Assembly: GCA_013265495.1 (NCBI GenBank)
Contig: MU058669.1
Span: 726,056-786,945, forward strand
Length of the DNA stretch: 60,890 bases
Source: Vicugna vicugna
Taxonomy: Eukaryota
Reading direction: 5' to 3'
Shown in pieces: positions 24,993 to 39,291 of the stretch. The notes beneath the pieces were generated by a model. It was not told the origin of the DNA, ran no database searches, and saw only the letters and a program-made list of their open reading frames with translations. A program made the position numbers and the translations under genes. Positions within the stretch are counted from its first letter, which is position 1. Each line of letters begins with the position of its first letter.

Positions 24993-27900
24993 TTGCTTTT
25001 TATTGTTGAAAGGAGTCAAAAGCACTATAGAGTTTCGGGAAGCACAAAACTCTTGAGAGGTGTTTGTGTTTTAATCTGTCATGGCTAAGCAGGGACTCTT
25101 TTAACATGTAGTAAATATGTCCCTTTCTGTAAAAGGGACATACCCAATGCATGTTAGACAGAGGGCAGTGATGTCAGCCTGTGGTGTGGCCCTGACCCTT
25201 GTGTTATATGCCCAACAAATGGAAAGGGTACAAGAAGGCAGGATTCCCCAGGGAATTCAGGCAGCACAGACAGCACCTCCCTTGGTGGAACCTCGGTTTC
25301 TTATTTGTATATTGGTTGGGTAGGACTAAATGAAATTGCGTGTGTGTGTGTGTGTTGGGTAGGTGGGGAGGATAAATGATCTCTTTTCTCCGAATAATCT
25401 TTCCTTCCTCTCAGTTTCCCTCTTGCCTTGTGGTTGAGAAGAGGTCCTAGGATCAGTTTGGCTGCCTTGAAAATCCAGCTCTCCAGTTTCCACGCCAGGT
25501 AGTCCTGGCCAACTTGCGTAACCTCTCTCTGCCTTGGTTTCCTGAATTGTACAATCAAGACGAACACAATATACCTTCCCCGGGTTACTGTTAGGATTAT
25601 GTAAGCTATTACACATCCATGCTCCAGAGAAGTGCCTGGGAGGAGTGAGTGCTTGGTAAATGTAACAATAGGCCTTATCATCTGCCCTCAAGTGCTAAAT
25701 CAGCCCCTTATCCCCCTCCGGGACTTGGGCCCTGGGCTATGGCGCCAATCTCCCGGTGGGATTGTGTCCCTAATCCATCACACGTGTTCTGACCTGAGAA
25801 GCGTCTGTACTGATGTAGCACTTCTTTGGCAAACCTCTAGTCTCTATTCAAACACACACACACTCTTTCTCTTTCTGCCTCCCTCTTTGGCCCTCCTTTC
25901 CTTTTTTCCTCTCTCTGTTTTTATCTACACCTTCCCTCCCTCTCTTCCTTTCTTTCAAGCTCTTCTGAGGATGCATGTAAATCCACCCTCTCTGCTTAGA
26001 GACCTTTGTCTCTGATCAGGCCCGACCTGGGTCACAGAGTTCATGGGGTTCCCATGACAACAAGCATCCCTGGCTACCCATCAGGAGGCGAGGACCAATT
26101 GAAAGGGACTGTCATTTCCCTGGGACGTACTGTGTTTATTCTCAGCAGCAGGCTCTGCACCAGTACCATGCTATGGGAAGAGGGTGGGAGGGAGGAAGAG
26201 AAAGAAATACCAGGCTTTTATTTTTTTTTTAGTGTGTTCCCTGTGGGGGAGGACCACAAATTGTTCTCAGAGAGAGACATTTCTAATACAGCCAGTGTAG
26301 GGGGGTGAGGGTGGGGCGCATATGTATTCCTGAGGAACACAGTTGGTTTCAAAAAGACAGAAAAAATAAGTTATTTGGCTTAAAAGTAACTTTTCGGTAG
26401 GTCTAATGGGAGGAGGATGGGGTGGAGAATTAACATTAATGAGTACCCTCTGTGACAAGCACTTTCTGCTATTTCATCAAAGCTTGCAGCAACCGCAATG
26501 AATTGTTATTGCTCCAATTTTACAGAGGAGAAAACAGAGGCTCATAAAGTTACAGTGACTCGCCAAGCTAGGTCAAGCTGCTGGTAAAGTAATGGCCCTT
26601 GACCTTCAGTAGATGTTGTTTGATTCCAAGGATCATGGTTTTGATGCTATTCAGTACAGGTTCCCTGTCTGCTCACCTCATCTTAATCTTCCTTTCCTTT
26701 CCAAGCCATTGCCTCCTCAGTGAAAACATGTTCCTCTCTCTTCCCTGACCTCTCGTCCTGACTCCCAAGGTGGACTGCTGTCTCCCTCTGACAGAAGCAC
26801 TGCGGGGACTTGTGGTCCACATTCCTGGACCCCACCTGGACCTGCCTCATCAGGAGTCTCAGGAATCAGAGTCTAGAAAGGGGCCTTTTAAGCCAGCTTC
26901 CCTAGAAGACGTCAGTGCTACTCAAGTTGACAAATCGCTCTTTATGACAATAGATTCAACACTACACAAAGCAGCACTTTCTTACTTGCTCCCCAGTTAC
27001 ACTCTGGATATCAGCAGGATTCTCTAAAGATGGGAAACTTCTCCACAGCTTGGAAGACACACTCATGCCATGTGGTCCCAGCGTGAAGGTGGGCCACCAG
27101 GGGGCCCTCAGTCTCGGGAGGTGAGACCACCCCCCATAAAACCTTGTGCTGTCTGCTCCTGAGTCATGGTCTGAATCTCTCTTCTTTCTTTGGCCAGATG
27201 CCAATGCAGACAAGTGGTTTTTAGTAGATATTTTCCAGCCTGGGGTTGTGTGAAGGGAGGAAAATACATTCAGTGGAAATGCTGTTGAGACTAAGATGTC
27301 GATGAGCAATCTGGAGCTTATGTCAGACGACAAAATAAAACGGATGTGGACAAGCTAGTCAGTGCAGTGGGAGGCGGGGAAGGTGAGTCGCAGGCCCTGT
27401 CATTCTTCCTCGTGTGCCGGGAATTCTGTATCCTTCCCGGTGATGCCTTTCTCACCCTTCTAGGTGCCCCAGAGGGAAAATTGAGGTGGGGGCAATATTT
27501 CTCTTTGGGAGGTTAACCCCATATCTACCCACTTTCTGTCCTTGCCCGAATCACTTTGGACCTGGCTGGGCCTTAGGGAGGAGCCTGGAAGTCTCAGAGA
27601 GCTCCCATACCAGATGTCTTTCCCAGACTCCCAAGTCTTAGAGTCTGGTATGGCTGGTGACAAACAGAGAGCCACTCCTTCCACCTGTCCCCATCTCACT
27701 ATGATCTGTAACCACATTCGGTATCTCCTACCAGAATGACCGCAGCAGCTGTCTAAATGACCTCCCTGCCGGCCAACCTCCCACACTCCTCTCTTTGGTT
27801 CATGTTGCAAACCATTGCCAGGATTATCTTTGGAAGTCTGTCTCATCATGATTTCCTCCATCAGGGACTTCAGTGGCCCCTACTGGCATCAAATAAAAAA

Positions 27901-30900
27901 ATATAGAGACATTTGAAATCCTTCGCAGTGTGACCACAACCATTCGCTCATAATTATTAATGCATCCTCTAGTTAAAGTGGACCCCTCGTGGCTCCTGAA
28001 AGCAAGCCCTGTGTTTTCTGTTTGCTCACTTTTGGAGCACCTGACTCCTCATTTATCACAATTCCTTTAGGGCCTGTCTCGGTTGTGACCTCTGCCATGA
28101 AATCTTTGAAAATCCTCCCGTTCAAACGTTGACTCTCCACCTCTTGAATGTTTGACTGTGTGGCACGGAGTAGAATCGTAGGTGTCTGCGTCGTGCTGCT
28201 CACGAATAGCACTTGATTCTGTGTCATTTAGGGGCTGGGATTGCACCTCAGCACCGTTCCCTGAAGGGCAGTGCACAGTTCTTTATGTGGAGAAGATATG
28301 TGTTGGGAAAGGAATCTGTGAAGCTGCTGGAAACTACAGGGGGTGGTCCTAGACCCTCGCCCACGAAACTGTAGGAGGAAGCTGCCCTGCCCCTATCACC
28401 TTGGCCCACACGTCTGGCACGGATGAGACACAGGACAGAACAAACATGTCACAGTCACAGACTCCAGAGAAGATTCCATGTAACAACAGTCACAGGTAAA
28501 GACCAGACTTTGACCAATGTCCTGACTAGGGTACAACTCTTAGCAAATCCATGAAACTCCTGATAGGCGGTTTGTGAAGGAGAATCGTTAGTTGAGATTT
28601 TAACTCAGGCCCATCTGGTGTAGATTCCTCCTTGGGCTGGTGAAATAGGGGCTATGCTCCCTTAGTTAGGAAATTTGAACACATAGTCTCTAACTGAAGG
28701 GAATATTCATCATAATAAAGAAAAGAGACTTCAGTTCAGACCAGCAGATACATTTAGTTGGCAGCAAAAGGGCGAATAGATCATAATTAGTGGATTTACC
28801 AATTGCCTTTCCCTAGTGACCAACATTGGCCGCGTAGGTCTTTATCCACAACCTCAGGGCTTTGGAAACACAGCTCAGCCCCTCACCCAACCCCAAACAT
28901 GAAGTGACAGCCAACAAACAGCATCTGTTTCAAAGAAACACCACCTGTCCAAGTGGAAAATCAAGCACTGAGCCACCTCGCTTCCTGAGTATTTGTTTCC
29001 AGAGCAGAAGAGACAAAAACACCATTCTGTCACCGTCACAGCCTTTTAACGCTCTGTAGGGACACACCTGGCTTCTGCCAAGTAAACTTGGCGAGTTTTA
29101 GGGGAACATTTGGGTCTTAGATACCAGTTCTCCAACCTCTTGGGGCAGAGCTGGGTGATGTGCCTTGGAGGAACCTGGAGTTTTTCCCAGGCGGGCTGGA
29201 AGGGAGTGAATACCCTGCAGGTGTGCTGAGGTCTGGCTTTACGGAGGGCACGTGATGGAGAGGCTGGCAGGGAGGTCCTTTCTTGCTGTGGGCACTGGCA
29301 CTCAGTCTGGAGCACATCTGCCTTGTGAAGGCTGCAAAAACCCCACACTTCATGGGGCAGAGGAGAAGTTTGTAACAATGTCTAGTGTACTAGAATAGCT
29401 TTCTGTAGTGTAAACACTTCTGAAGAGTCTGCAGCTTTGTGAATGGGTGGACATTCATTAAAAAGGTATTCTCTACAATTCTAAGTAATTTGAAGACAAC
29501 ACTGATTTCTCTGCCATCTCGTCTTTAAGCACATATAAGCCCCTTTCCCGTGGGGACCAGAGGAAACATGTTCTGCCCCTTTACTCCTCTCCTCACTTTC
29601 TGCCTCTGTCCTGCAGAGTGCTTTGCTAGGATCAGATTAGTGGAGCTAAGATCACTGAAGCAGGCACGTGTGTCTGTGGCTTTTGGTTTGCCATGACTCC
29701 TTGGTATTCGACCATGCCTTGGGGAACAGGCATTATTTGGGGCATGTGAGGCAGAGATAGGATGTAAACCTGGCTGGACTGTGTGCATGCCTCTGGGGTT
29801 ACTCATATTTTGTGTAAGCACTTTGCAATGGTATGTTTCATGGGACCTCTCCACTATTAGTTGTGAGGATGATTCCTTTTATTGCAGAGATGAGAAGTGA
29901 AATCCCATAGAGGAAAGAGGGACTTTTGCTAAACCAGGAACTCGAGGCTCTCTTAGGATGAGCATTGCTCTTCTATTTTTGAGTCCGGGAGCCCCACAGC
30001 TATCGTATAGGTTGGCATTGGAGAGAAGGGAGCACTGGGAGAGCGCTGAGGGCGTGTGGCCGTCATTTAGGTATTCTTCACTTGTGTATGAACCGTCAGT
30101 GATCTGTATCTGGGATGTGTTCTTTTCATTTCTCTTTCCCTTTCTCTTGCTCTTTCTCAAAATCAATAAATGACTTGTTAAGTCTTATAGAGATTTATGC
30201 AATAGAATTAGATTTTTCTTTATTATAGAGTTGATCTATTTTCAGTATTTATCCCAGGAAGAATCTTTGGGCATGCAAAACCCAGAAAAGCAGTGTTATT
30301 GTTCAAGAAGTCGTGCTTGGTACATGAAAGTGAGCACCCACTCTCACCATTTGCCTTCAGAGTGCTGAGAAGATGCTCTGGGCTCTAAAAGTCTGCTTTT
30401 TAATTTTTGAGTTGATGGTTATTGTTTGACCCACATAAACAGGCACTGGGAACCTGGCCTATGTCCAATCTCCTGCCTTTAATCGTGCTGTCAGTCATAA
30501 AGCCCACTGCGATGTTAGAGTAAGTTACAGCCATGGGCTCTGGAGTCAGATTGCTTGAGCTTGAAATGTGGCTCCTGCTTTATTATGTGCGTCAACCTGG
30601 TCAAGTCACTTAACACTGTACCTTTGCTTCCTCATTTGTAAAATGAGGGATAATGGTACTTCACAGGGAAATAAGGAGGATTGTATGAGATAACACACCT
30701 CTCATGGTGTGTGGCCTGTGGTAGGCTCTCACTCAATGGTAGCTTTCATTACAGTGGAAAGTCATTTGAGTGCCAGCTGACCCGAGATTTACCTTCGTAT
30801 TACTGAGTTTGTCACCTTGTTCCAGCCACCTGTGCATGGGACAGGGTGGTAGAGGTACTCTGTTGACTGGACAAATCACGTCACCTCCTGTACCTTGTAT

Positions 30901-31699
30901 TTTCAACTTTGCATACAAGTGTTTAGATCAGATGATGTCCTTGACTCGTAAAGCCTTCAATCAGTTGTAATACTGCAGCATCACTGATGTTCCTGGACCT
31001 GTAAGAACTCATTCTGTACTTTGGGCCTTTCTAGGGTGATGTTCTATGGGTGTCAAAGAGAAAAGTCTCTTCCTTGCCAAGCACTATTCTTCAGATCTCC
31101 TTTGAAACTTGCCTAAACTTGTACAAAGAGTGTTCTAAGTTCTTCTCGGCAAAAATTTATGATTGGTAAATACCAGGCCACTTGGTTGCCCTTTATTTGG
31201 TCACATTCAATTATTTCTACACACCTGTAGCTGTCTTTAGTTTCCTCAGATTTGGATGATTACTTAAAATTCTTCAATGCATTTTTTATTGCCCTTCAAA
31301 TAAGGGCAAAAATCCTTTTCAAAATTCTCCCTTACTCCATTCTCCAGTCTTAGATGAAACTTTTCTCCTTTTTACAGCCTGTGACCTGGAGCACTTAGCT
31401 TCTTTCCATTTACCAACTGTACGGTGACTTCTTGCCTTAGAGTCTTTGCACATGCTGTTCCCTCTACCTGGCCTGTTCCTCTGTTCCCTCCCCTCACTTC
31501 ACCTGGTTAACTCCTGTCAATCTGTCATATCTCAGCTTGAAAAAAAGCATCCTTGGGTAAGTCTAGTTAGCCACATCCCATCCAGCCTGCACACCAGGTT
31601 GGACCTTGTTATCTTTGGGCGTGTTTGAGAGCTTCTCTTTGTGCTTATTGTTCTGCAGTTTCAATTGAATCAGCTGCTGATTTTCATCCATTTATCCTA

Positions 31700-32290
31700 C
31701 TTGGGACTCAGAATTTAAAATCTGAATATTCATGTTTTCCATAAATTCTGAAAAATTCCCTTCAGATATTCCTCTATTCCATCCTCTTTTGTCTCCACCT
31801 GAAACTCATAGGAGATGCACATGGAATTTTTTTCTCTCTCAGGTCTCTTAACCTCTTTGTTATATTTTCTGTCTTTTAATCTTTCTGTGTGACATTCTAA
31901 GGAATTCTCTCTGATTTTTTTCCCCCAGTGTGCTAATTTTCTCTTTAACTCTGTCAAATTCGCTGTTTAACTTTTCCATTGAGATTTTATATAAATAACT
32001 ACTTAAAAAAATTCTCTAAATCCTAATTGATACTTTTCCAAATATGTCTTTTCTTTCATGATAGTGTCATAAAATATTTTTTTTGGTGACTTTTATGTTT
32101 CTACTTATACTTCTGTTTCTTGCTCATGTATGTTGTTATGTAATTTATAACTTTGCCCTGGTTAGGACAGCCCCAGAATAACTAGCTTGTGCTTTTCACC
32201 CTAGTTTTGATTTCCTTTTTACTTTTTGGCCTAGAGATTTCCTAACTTGCATTTAAAAGGCTACTTGTTATATATCTTCCTCTGGTGTAT
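31700..32290 (-). mobile_element. Old L1 (L1M) ORF1-region fragment
   Basis: T-rich plus strand; the decayed minus-strand peptide at 31730-31957 resembles the L1 ORF1p coiled-coil/RRM junction. Confidence 0.55.
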
Positions 32291-33510
32291 CTAGGTGTTT
32301 TATAGTGGGAGTTTTATTCTCCCAAATTGCTGGAAGTGCGCGTCCTCTAGGCCCCCTTTTGTAGACTATCATAATTTCCATAAACTGTTAACCAGTAATC
32401 ATCTGTTTAATGTTTATCTGCTCTGCAAGAATGTAGTGCCCTGGGGACAGGGACTATATATCTTACCCCAAAGCTGTAGCTCCAGCTGCTAGCTTAGTGC
32501 CTAGAATGTTGTAGGGCTCAATATTATTGAGATAAATGAATGAACCGAAGGCAGAGGTGGCCTTGGATGTCATGCCAAGATGGGTTAGGAGCCTCTTTCC
32601 ATCTTTTTGCAACCTTTTAAAACACTCTCACCTTTCCTTGAATGTTTTCCTTCCCTAAAATGATTTAATCGCTCTGTAATTGACATAATGTCTGTCAGAT
32701 GACGTCGCACTTTTCAGTAACCTTCTGTATAGATTATCCTGTTTAAACTTAACACCACCTTGGACCTAGGAAGGCTGGGATGATTATCCTTACTTCACAG
32801 ATGAGGAAGCTGAAGGTCGAGGAGATATATGCCTCACCTCGTAAGACCCAGAGCTCAATCTAGGACCTCTGACTCCAGGTCTACAGTATTCTACCTTAAC
32901 TATTTGGAATGAGTGCCAGGGTTTCTTTATGTGAAAATAAAGTCCACTTTGCTTCTTCACTGAACTACCTGTTTCTTGCTAAATAACTCAGAATCTAGGC
33001 AAGAATGGGTGCCTCCTTTCATTCGGTGTTATTTTGATTTCCACACCTCGAGTCTCAGAACTCAAACGACTTGATTTTTCATCTGGACAACGTGTTGGCT
33101 TCTTTGGTGACAAACACTACAAACCACTTCCTGTCAAAGAATCCAGGTTGCTGGAGAGTCCTGTTTGTGGCCTCATTGAATGTAGGGTGTCTGGTAAAGG
33201 ACGGTATGTTACAGATCACAGGACAGAAACACAAGGTTCATCAGTGTTTCACACTGGGAGGGAAAAGGCGAGGTGTGGGGAGGGACCCAGGGGCAGTGAC
33301 AGTCACAGTAAGCTGAGGCCCCTGGGTCGATTTCCAACCTCAGGGCTGAAGATCTCAGGTGGCTGGAATCTTTCAGGCCCACAGATGTCCAAGAAGAGAC
33401 CTCTTGCCAGCTTGCATCTGAGGACTGGAGCCATATGGCAGACACAGCAGCTTCATTCCTGAGGTGGGGAGGGGAGAGGGGGTACCAAGGAAGCAAGTCT
33501 CGGCTACTTA

Positions 33511-33855
<345 letters not shown>

Positions 33856-34493
33856 TCACCCGCTCATGAGCGAGATTAGCCCAGGAAGAAACAAATTATG
33901 AGTGACTGCAAAATAAGAGGGTCTAATTAGTACCGGTAGGCTCCAAGGTACAAATATCTTGCAAATACAGAATGAACAGAAAAACCCAGACTCTTTTAAT
34001 TACTGCTGGGTAGTTATATTCGGCTTAAATATGGGGAGAGTTAAGAACCCGGGGCCCTGTCTGACTTTTAAGACAGCAGAGAACCTAGTTGTTGTTCAGT
34101 ATGGTCTTACTTATGCAGCCCAGAAGTGGAGAGCCGACTGTCAGTGGAATCTGATGTCATCGTTAAAGGACGACACTGGAGAACCTTGGATCTGGTGCCA
34201 AGTGCTAGTTAGTCATCGTGTATAGATGTAAATTGTTTGATAAAGTTAATAACTTGGGACCCAATATTGTCTCCTGCTTACATTTCAAAAGCCTCTGAAT
34301 CCAGCCAAACTGCTTTCCTCATTTCTCCCTCGCCTCATTTCGAGCCTTCTTTCCTTCCTTCTTTTGTGACTTTGCTTCATTTGTTCACACCACTTGATAT
34401 ACTGGTTCTCTCTAACCACATCCTCCTTACTTACTCATCGTCTCAACATCAGAACACATCCTTTGTATTCTGAGACTGCCTCGGTTCCAAGGA

Positions 34494-34672
34494 CAATGGT
34501 TCTCAAACTCGAGTGAAACCAGGGTCGTGTATGGAGACTGTAAATATGCCTACTCCCTGGCTCTAAACCTCCAGATTCTGATTCAGCTGGTCTGGTGGGG
34601 AGTCTAGAATAAATCTCTTTTAGACCAGATGATTCATCTGTATGGCCTGTGTGGCTCTCACTTTAGAAGGAA
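34494..34672. mobile_element. MER5-family hAT-Charlie element
   Basis: Starts caatggttctcaaact; internal 'ccagattctgattcagctggtctgg'. Confidence 0.65.
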
Positions 34673-37600
34673 TATTGTGAAGATTGATATTCCTCTAGGA
34701 CCCATTGTCCAGTTACTCACTGGCTGGCCTGGCTAGTGTGTTAGGACTATGCATCATCCATGCTTGTGCATAGGTCTCAAGTATGTGGACACTACCTGAG
34801 GGTAGGGGACATCTTCCCTTCTGTGGGTCCTTGACAGAGTCTAACCTTGCATACAGCAGTTTCTTAGGGGCTATGATCCAGGACCATAAATCAACCCTCT
34901 TATCTAAGATGTTTTTCCTAAAAAGCATCCTTTCCCCAACAAATAGATGTATTTTAGGGATCCTGGTATCTGGCTTTTGAAAATGCTTTGTAAGTGGACA
35001 AGTGTTCAACACATATAAAGGGCTATTTTCTTAAAAACAGTTACTACTAGTGTCAGGCAAGCTATGTAATCTAGTGGTTGATACAGAGATTACAGATTTG
35101 TTTAGTATCACATTACCATTATACATGCAATATGTCATTTTTCTTTGCGCATATTATCAGATTTATTTTCTTGATAGCAGTAAGTGTTGGCTAGATATTG
35201 ATGTACAATTCAGTTGTTGTTTGAGCCAGCTGATCTACAAAGATATTTGGGCCCAGGAAAATACTCAGTCTCAAGGAAAAATGAATGGATGTAGTTATTG
35301 AGAATGCCAGGGAAGCATTTAATAGAGTTGTAAGATTTAATAGCTTGTAATTAGATAAACTTGATGATTTGTTTCATGGTATGGTTTACAGTCTAGAAAG
35401 GACACTGGACTGGGATTGAGGAGCCCTGGGTTCTAGTCTTAGGTCTATTGCTAACTTTCCCTATCTGTTCCACAAGGAGTTTGGACATGGTAACCTTTGA
35501 GTTACTCACTAGCTTGAAATATTTGATTCTTTACATGAAGATTCATCATTCAAGCAACAATGTCCATGTGAAAAAAAAGAAGATAGAAAGGAGAAAAGGG
35601 AGGGAGGCTTTCAAAGTTACGGAAAGAAATAGCCAGGACCAGTCCTAGCATCTACAATATATTGAATATTCTCTCCCAGGAAACAGAGAAATACATAAAT
35701 TCCGCTGTGACCAGATTGGCAGATGATCTTCCAGGCACAAAACCAACCAAACACACAGCAGGGCAATTGCAAGATGCAATTTGACCTGACAGGACGGCCA
35801 CAGCGGGGAACTGGGCCGCTGACAGGCAGAGCTGAGGAGCATGCAGAAAATTAATATGTCCTCTCAGCCTCCCCCAGGGCCCCAAACGCCGGGGCCCGTG
35901 CTCACAGGCACTCGGAGCGGACTATCAGGAAAATCTAATCTCCAGGAATGCGAAGGTGGCAGAAGTGGCAGGGAGGATTGGAAACATGCTTGGGGTATTT
36001 GTTCTTGGATCTCTTCTATCATCTGCAGCTCCCACGGCCCTTCACACATCTTAATTAAACTGTCGATGGAGAATTAAGTGACGCTGGGTTTGGGCTGCCA
36101 AGACGCTGTGGGCTGCCATGGAGACTAGAAGCCGGATTTTTCAGAGACTGGGGTGGAATTCTTGCCTTATGATTCCCTCCCCCTGCCTGATGGGGGTGGT
36201 AGGTGATCTTGTTTCCCCACCCTCCAAAGTCCTGGTGGGATAACTCTCAAGGTCGGAGTCACAGAGATGGGAGGGCTCATTGGGCATATCTTCAGCAGTG
36301 CCCTCTTTTTACAGGGAAAGAAACTGAGACCCACAGTGTGGCCACGAACCATCCAGTGTCATGTAGCGTGTTAGTGGCAGAGCCAGCAGTAGTAGAACCC
36401 CGTCTCCCGACGGCACACCTGGTGTCTTTCTGCTGCAACCAGCTGCCTCCCTCATCTTAGGCTTTATGTTTTGCTGGTTGAGGGACTTTGGGCAAGTAAC
36501 ATCACCTTTCTGAGCCTCAGTGGCAGTGGCGATAATAGTACCCACTGTCCAGTGTTGCCATGGAGATTATATGAGAACAGAGGTATCAATGCCTAACCCA
36601 GCACCTGGCGCATAGTAGGTGTTCCATAAGTGGTACAATTACTACTAATAATGATGCCCTTTAGTCAGGTTTTAGGGTAGGAATGCCTAGTACATGCTTG
36701 ACTTGGTACCAGTTTCCCTTCCTATATACATGGCAGACGTTGGCATCAATCAAGGAATTCTTTCATACTGAGCCCAGATGTGACCTCAGAACCCCTGTCA
36801 ACATAGAACTCCAGGCAAGGACTACTGATCTCTCAGAGTTAGCACCGGACTACAACCTCTGCCACCAGGGCTGTCGGCCTGGTTAGGACGCAGGGTTTGT
36901 AGAATATGCGCTGCCTTGCTTCTAGGGGCCAAACCTAGTGCTATGGATGAGAGATAGTAATATGTCAATTGCTATAGTTCTTAACAGAGAGCTTGGAAGT
37001 CTTAAGTCCCAGCTGCGCCTCTAAGTTAGCTACGGCACGCATATTTTCTTCTCTGGATCTCACTTTCTCCAACTACAAAAGGGGAGGGTTAGATGAGACT
37101 TGTCTATGGGCCCAGCTAGTAACCTAAGTGATCCATTAAAAAACCATTTATTGGTTAAAGACACCACCCATTAGGACAGTGTGGTTCAGTGGCAAGAATA
37201 TTTGGGTTGGATTAAGGAAGCTCAGGCTTTATACCCACCCTTGACACTCGCGTCACGAATTCCCTGCACCTCAGTTTCTTATCTACAAAGTGGTCACATC
37301 ATCCCTGTTCTGCCTTAGGTCATGGGTGAAACATGAATGAGACCTGGATGAGAAGAGCTTTGGGGACTGTGACATGCTGATATACTGGGGATGAGAGCAG
37401 AGGTATATAATTGGGGAGTGGGTTGAGTGGTTCCCCAGCTGTACCCTCAGGGCCTGGGGCATAGGACTGGCTTCATGGACAAATACCTGGCATCTCCTTC
37501 ACACTTTGGTTGTGGGCTAAAAAGCGTCAGAGACTTGTAATGAGGTTGCAAGTGGTTTTTCACTAACTGGTTGGGTTAGCCTAAGTAAGTCATGTCTCTC

Positions 37601-38306
37601 TTTGAAATGACAGTCTTCGACCAAGTGACCTCTAAGTTACCATCTTGCTCCAATATGTTAAAAATGGGTGATTTTAACCTTGGCAGCTGTATCAGTCACA
37701 GTTAAGACTTTAGTCTCTTTTCTGCCTATCACATGGGATGCAGAGCCCACAATCAAGAACCTGAGTACAGCATCGAGTGGGTTCATGCAGAGCCTGGGGT
37801 TTCCTTGGTGAACTTGGAGTGAGAGCCCAGGGGGTCTGAACAGGATCCCCAGCCTCTTGCCAGAGACAATGCAGAGCCTTGCTCCGTGTTCTCCTCCTGC
37901 TGCTTATTAGCTGTGTGACCTTGGGCGATTACTTTTACCTCTCTGAGCTCCCTTTATAAAGCGGGAACAACAAATCCCTAACTGGCCTCTAATGAGAGGA
38001 TTAAATGAGCTAAGTCATGTAATGTGTGCTTCTTACCACAGGACCTCATTCATAGTATGTGCTAAGGAAGTGGTAGCAAATCTTTATTATTTAGGTTTGA
38101 TCTTGGTACCTCCATGTGCTGTCTGTTCAACTCCCAGGATGAACATGCCCAAAGTCCACGGACCTACAGTTTTTCCACTACTGCATGTTTGTTCAAGTTG
38201 TTGCTTTTGCCTGGAATGTAATGAGACTACCCAGATCTGACTTGCTTTCATGCTGTCTAGAAATGTTTACAGGTCTATCTGAATATTTTAGATGACTTAT
38301 CTCTTT

Positions 38307-38390
38307 CTTTTTCATAGAGTTACTGGGGATTGAACCCAAGACCCCATCCATGCTGAGCATGCACTCTACCACTGAGCTATACCCTCCCCC
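38307..38390 (-). mobile_element. Short tRNA-Ala-derived SINE/retrocopy with 17-bp TSD, inside a MIR
   Basis: Reverse strand GGGGGAGGGTATAGCTCAGTGGTAGAGTGCATGCTCAGCATG..GGTTCAATCCCCAG with A and B boxes. TSD agatgacttatctcttt (38290-38306) / agatggctcatctcttt (38391-38407). Confidence 0.85.
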
Positions 38391-38997
38391 AGATGGCTCA
38401 TCTCTTTTAATCTCCTAATGACTCTTTGAGATAGACATTATTTTCCTCATTTTATTGATGGTGAAATGGTGTCGAAAGGGTAAAAGTGCCACAGAACAAG
38501 TAAAGGATGGAGCCAGTTTCTGGACCTCAGTGTGGCTGACCCTAAGGCTTATGCTCCTTTGCTCCTCTGCCTCCAGCCACAAGACATATCCACCACCTCC
38601 AGCTCCACTTCACATTTTCTGTCTCTCTTGGCACTACTTAACAGAACACCTATTCCAGTAGTTATTTCCCATATAACATCTCCTTACTCATTAAGTCGCC
38701 AGGAGGGTACACAAAGGACATGCATCAGGTTGGGACCTTGTCCCTAGGCTGTTCCTAATCAGTGGCTAACAAGGCTGAAGGTCCTTGCACGAGCAGACTG
38801 GGGCATCTCCTTCGCAGCCCTCAGAGAACTTGTCACAGATTGGTGTACATAAGGGGTCAAATTCAGTGCAAGAGCTTTGGTGTTCCCGCAAATGCAGACG
38901 TGTAGGTTTCTCAGGGATCTGTGGAAAGCTGAGAAATGCTCTGAGTTTCCCTGTCTTACACTCAGTGGAGCAGTCCCCTGTCATCTCATGTTTTCTA

Positions 38998-39291
<294 letters not shown>

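Noticed and set aside
38316..38390. Functional tRNA-Ala gene
   Set aside because: Stem mismatches, extra 5' bases, A tail and TSD indicate a retroposed SINE.
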